From Phoronis australis (Eukaryota; Animalia; Phoronida), in contig NMRA01000506.1 in the NCBI GenBank assembly GCA_002633005.1, forward strand, positions 82,069 to 146,068: a stretch of 64,000 nucleotides of DNA, in the 5' to 3' direction. A program made the translations under genes and the position numbers. Under the pieces are notes generated by a model. The model searched no databases, was not told the origin of the DNA, and worked only from the letters and a program-made list of their open reading frames with translations. Numbering within the stretch: the first letter of the stretch is position 1; each line of letters begins with the position of its first letter. Positions 62,191 to 64,000 of this stretch are shown one piece after another.

Positions 62191-64000
62191 CCATCACTTA
62201 AAATCCTGGAGATAGGTCAATTGCTTTATAGATAATTGTGACTCGCAAAGACAAAGCAAAAGAAGACAATAATTTCAAAAACGAAGAGGTAAGAAAAACA
62301 TCTCATGTAATCTCCTAGTGAAGTTAGCAGTGAGGTAGAATGTTGAGACCACTGAGGGAAGCAATTATCCTTGATCAGAGTGAGGTTAATGTCTTAGATC
62401 TACAATACCATGCTTCTCCAGCTAAATGTGATGTCATCGATTAGTTTCTAACATAAAATCATCTACAAACAAGGACAAACAGTCTCAAGTAAGTTGTTTT
62501 TTCACTGTTTTCAATAAAGTGTCAGATTTTTAGCCACAATATTCAAAGGCAAACAAACTGCATGTCTGCAAGTAAAAGCTGAAATGACTGAAGTATGAGT
62601 AAAAGCTTGAGTCAACAAGGCTAGCGACCCCTGGTGGTACTTGACTGAGTTAAATCTCACCAATTCAGGAAACAGTATGGCGGAGGGATGAAATTTTATT
62701 TTCTCATTGTTTGATATAAGTGATTCGTAGCCCCAAAATGACGCCTTAATGCCAGATTCAAGTTCAGAGTCATGGCAGACACCATTTTAAAAATATTACG
62801 GACGTTCACAACAAATTATTAGAAGCACTTGAAAATTTTTAAGGAAAAAGTGCCATTTTAGCAATTACTTTTATCTAAAATTCAGGTGAGATTTTACCGA
62901 GTACTTTAGATGAACGTTCAGATGGAAATTTCGGATACCCATTCATTTATAAAGTGAGCTTGAAAAGAGATACCCATTGTAGGGAGCATCCATGAAGATT
63001 TAAATGAACTTTTCTTAGACTTTTGTTCCAGAGACAATACCTTGAGGAGTTATCTCCCTAAACGTAACCCTTTTACAGGGATTCCTGTACAGATGATTTT
63101 TTAACACAATAAGCCATAAACAGTACAAGAGATGCCATGTCGTCAGAAATGTGTACACTTTTGAAAAAAGTTTTAAAAATATAGATATTTTAATATTCAA
63201 AAACCTCTCTATCTATAGATTTACGAAGTTGGAAAAGGGAACCTGCGAGGTAGTTTCAAACTCTCACATTGAATCATTTAGTTGGGAATTTCACAAGACG
63301 AATTCATGTAGGACAACTGGTCTTGAAAAAGCCAGCAACGCCGCTTTTATGGGATCACCTCTGAATAGTCGGTGCACAAAATCTCAGAAACAAAGTGCCA
63401 TGTACAATTTTTGCCATTGCTTGCCTATGCCGACACATAAACAAATCTAGTGCTCATCTATTCTCTAAATGTTTCGTCCAAAAATTCAATTACAGTGTGA
63501 CTACACACTTGGAATGAAGATCACCATGCGATTTTAAGCATAAAACAAAGATAATTACAATCACCTTAACTCCATCAGACTAATTTTCTTTCTGTATCAC
63601 GAGTCATTCAGAATGTTTGAACTGAGAAAGTAAAACAACGGGAGGGAGTTTAGGATAAACAGAACTGAACCTAGAGATTTATATGAAAATAATGATTTGC
63701 TAGGTGGATGTGCGTGACAGAATGCTAATCATACTGTGTACCATTATGATCGCTGGTTCCCAGCGTGTAGATAACATTCAGTAGCACACACTTTATCACT
63801 GGCTGATGTAACCTCGGCAGTCATTGGTTAGCTTCATAACAAAGAAAGAAAATGGCAGACTATAAACGATTTTTAGCTTTGTCATGCAAGTGGCGTAACA
63901 GCAATTATTTCGTTTTTGCAGTAATGTTTAATGGACACGTGCTTGAAGCACATACATCATGACGGTGTTCTGTCGTTCAGCAACTTTTCCAGACGTGAGG

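Overview
This is AT-rich, intron-containing animal genomic DNA, most likely from a marine bilaterian invertebrate, and it is a draft assembly with N gaps. I reconstructed two convergent multi-exon genes by hand, with consistent splice phases. (1) On the + strand is a 3-beta-hydroxysteroid dehydrogenase/isomerase-family SDR with coding exons 20160-20316, 22377-22538 and 26346-27142 (371 aa). A probable far-upstream first exon ends at 326 and would add an in-frame N-terminal extension. (2) On the - strand is a nuclear receptor with TWO tandem C4 zinc-finger DNA-binding domains (P-boxes CLPCKS and CEGCKK), spread over at least 9 exons from 45804 to 35018 (at least 878 aa). It has a ~350-aa hinge and an NR1-like ligand-binding domain with no recognisable AF-2/helix 12. 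Several of its exons are too short to appear in the ORF track. The rest is intron or intergenic DNA. It holds several TIR-bounded MITEs, a ~145-bp satellite-like array carrying CTCF-like motifs, a 50-bp minisatellite built from nuclear-receptor half-sites, and a 2.5-kb tandem duplication across a single N that is probably an uncollapsed haplotype.
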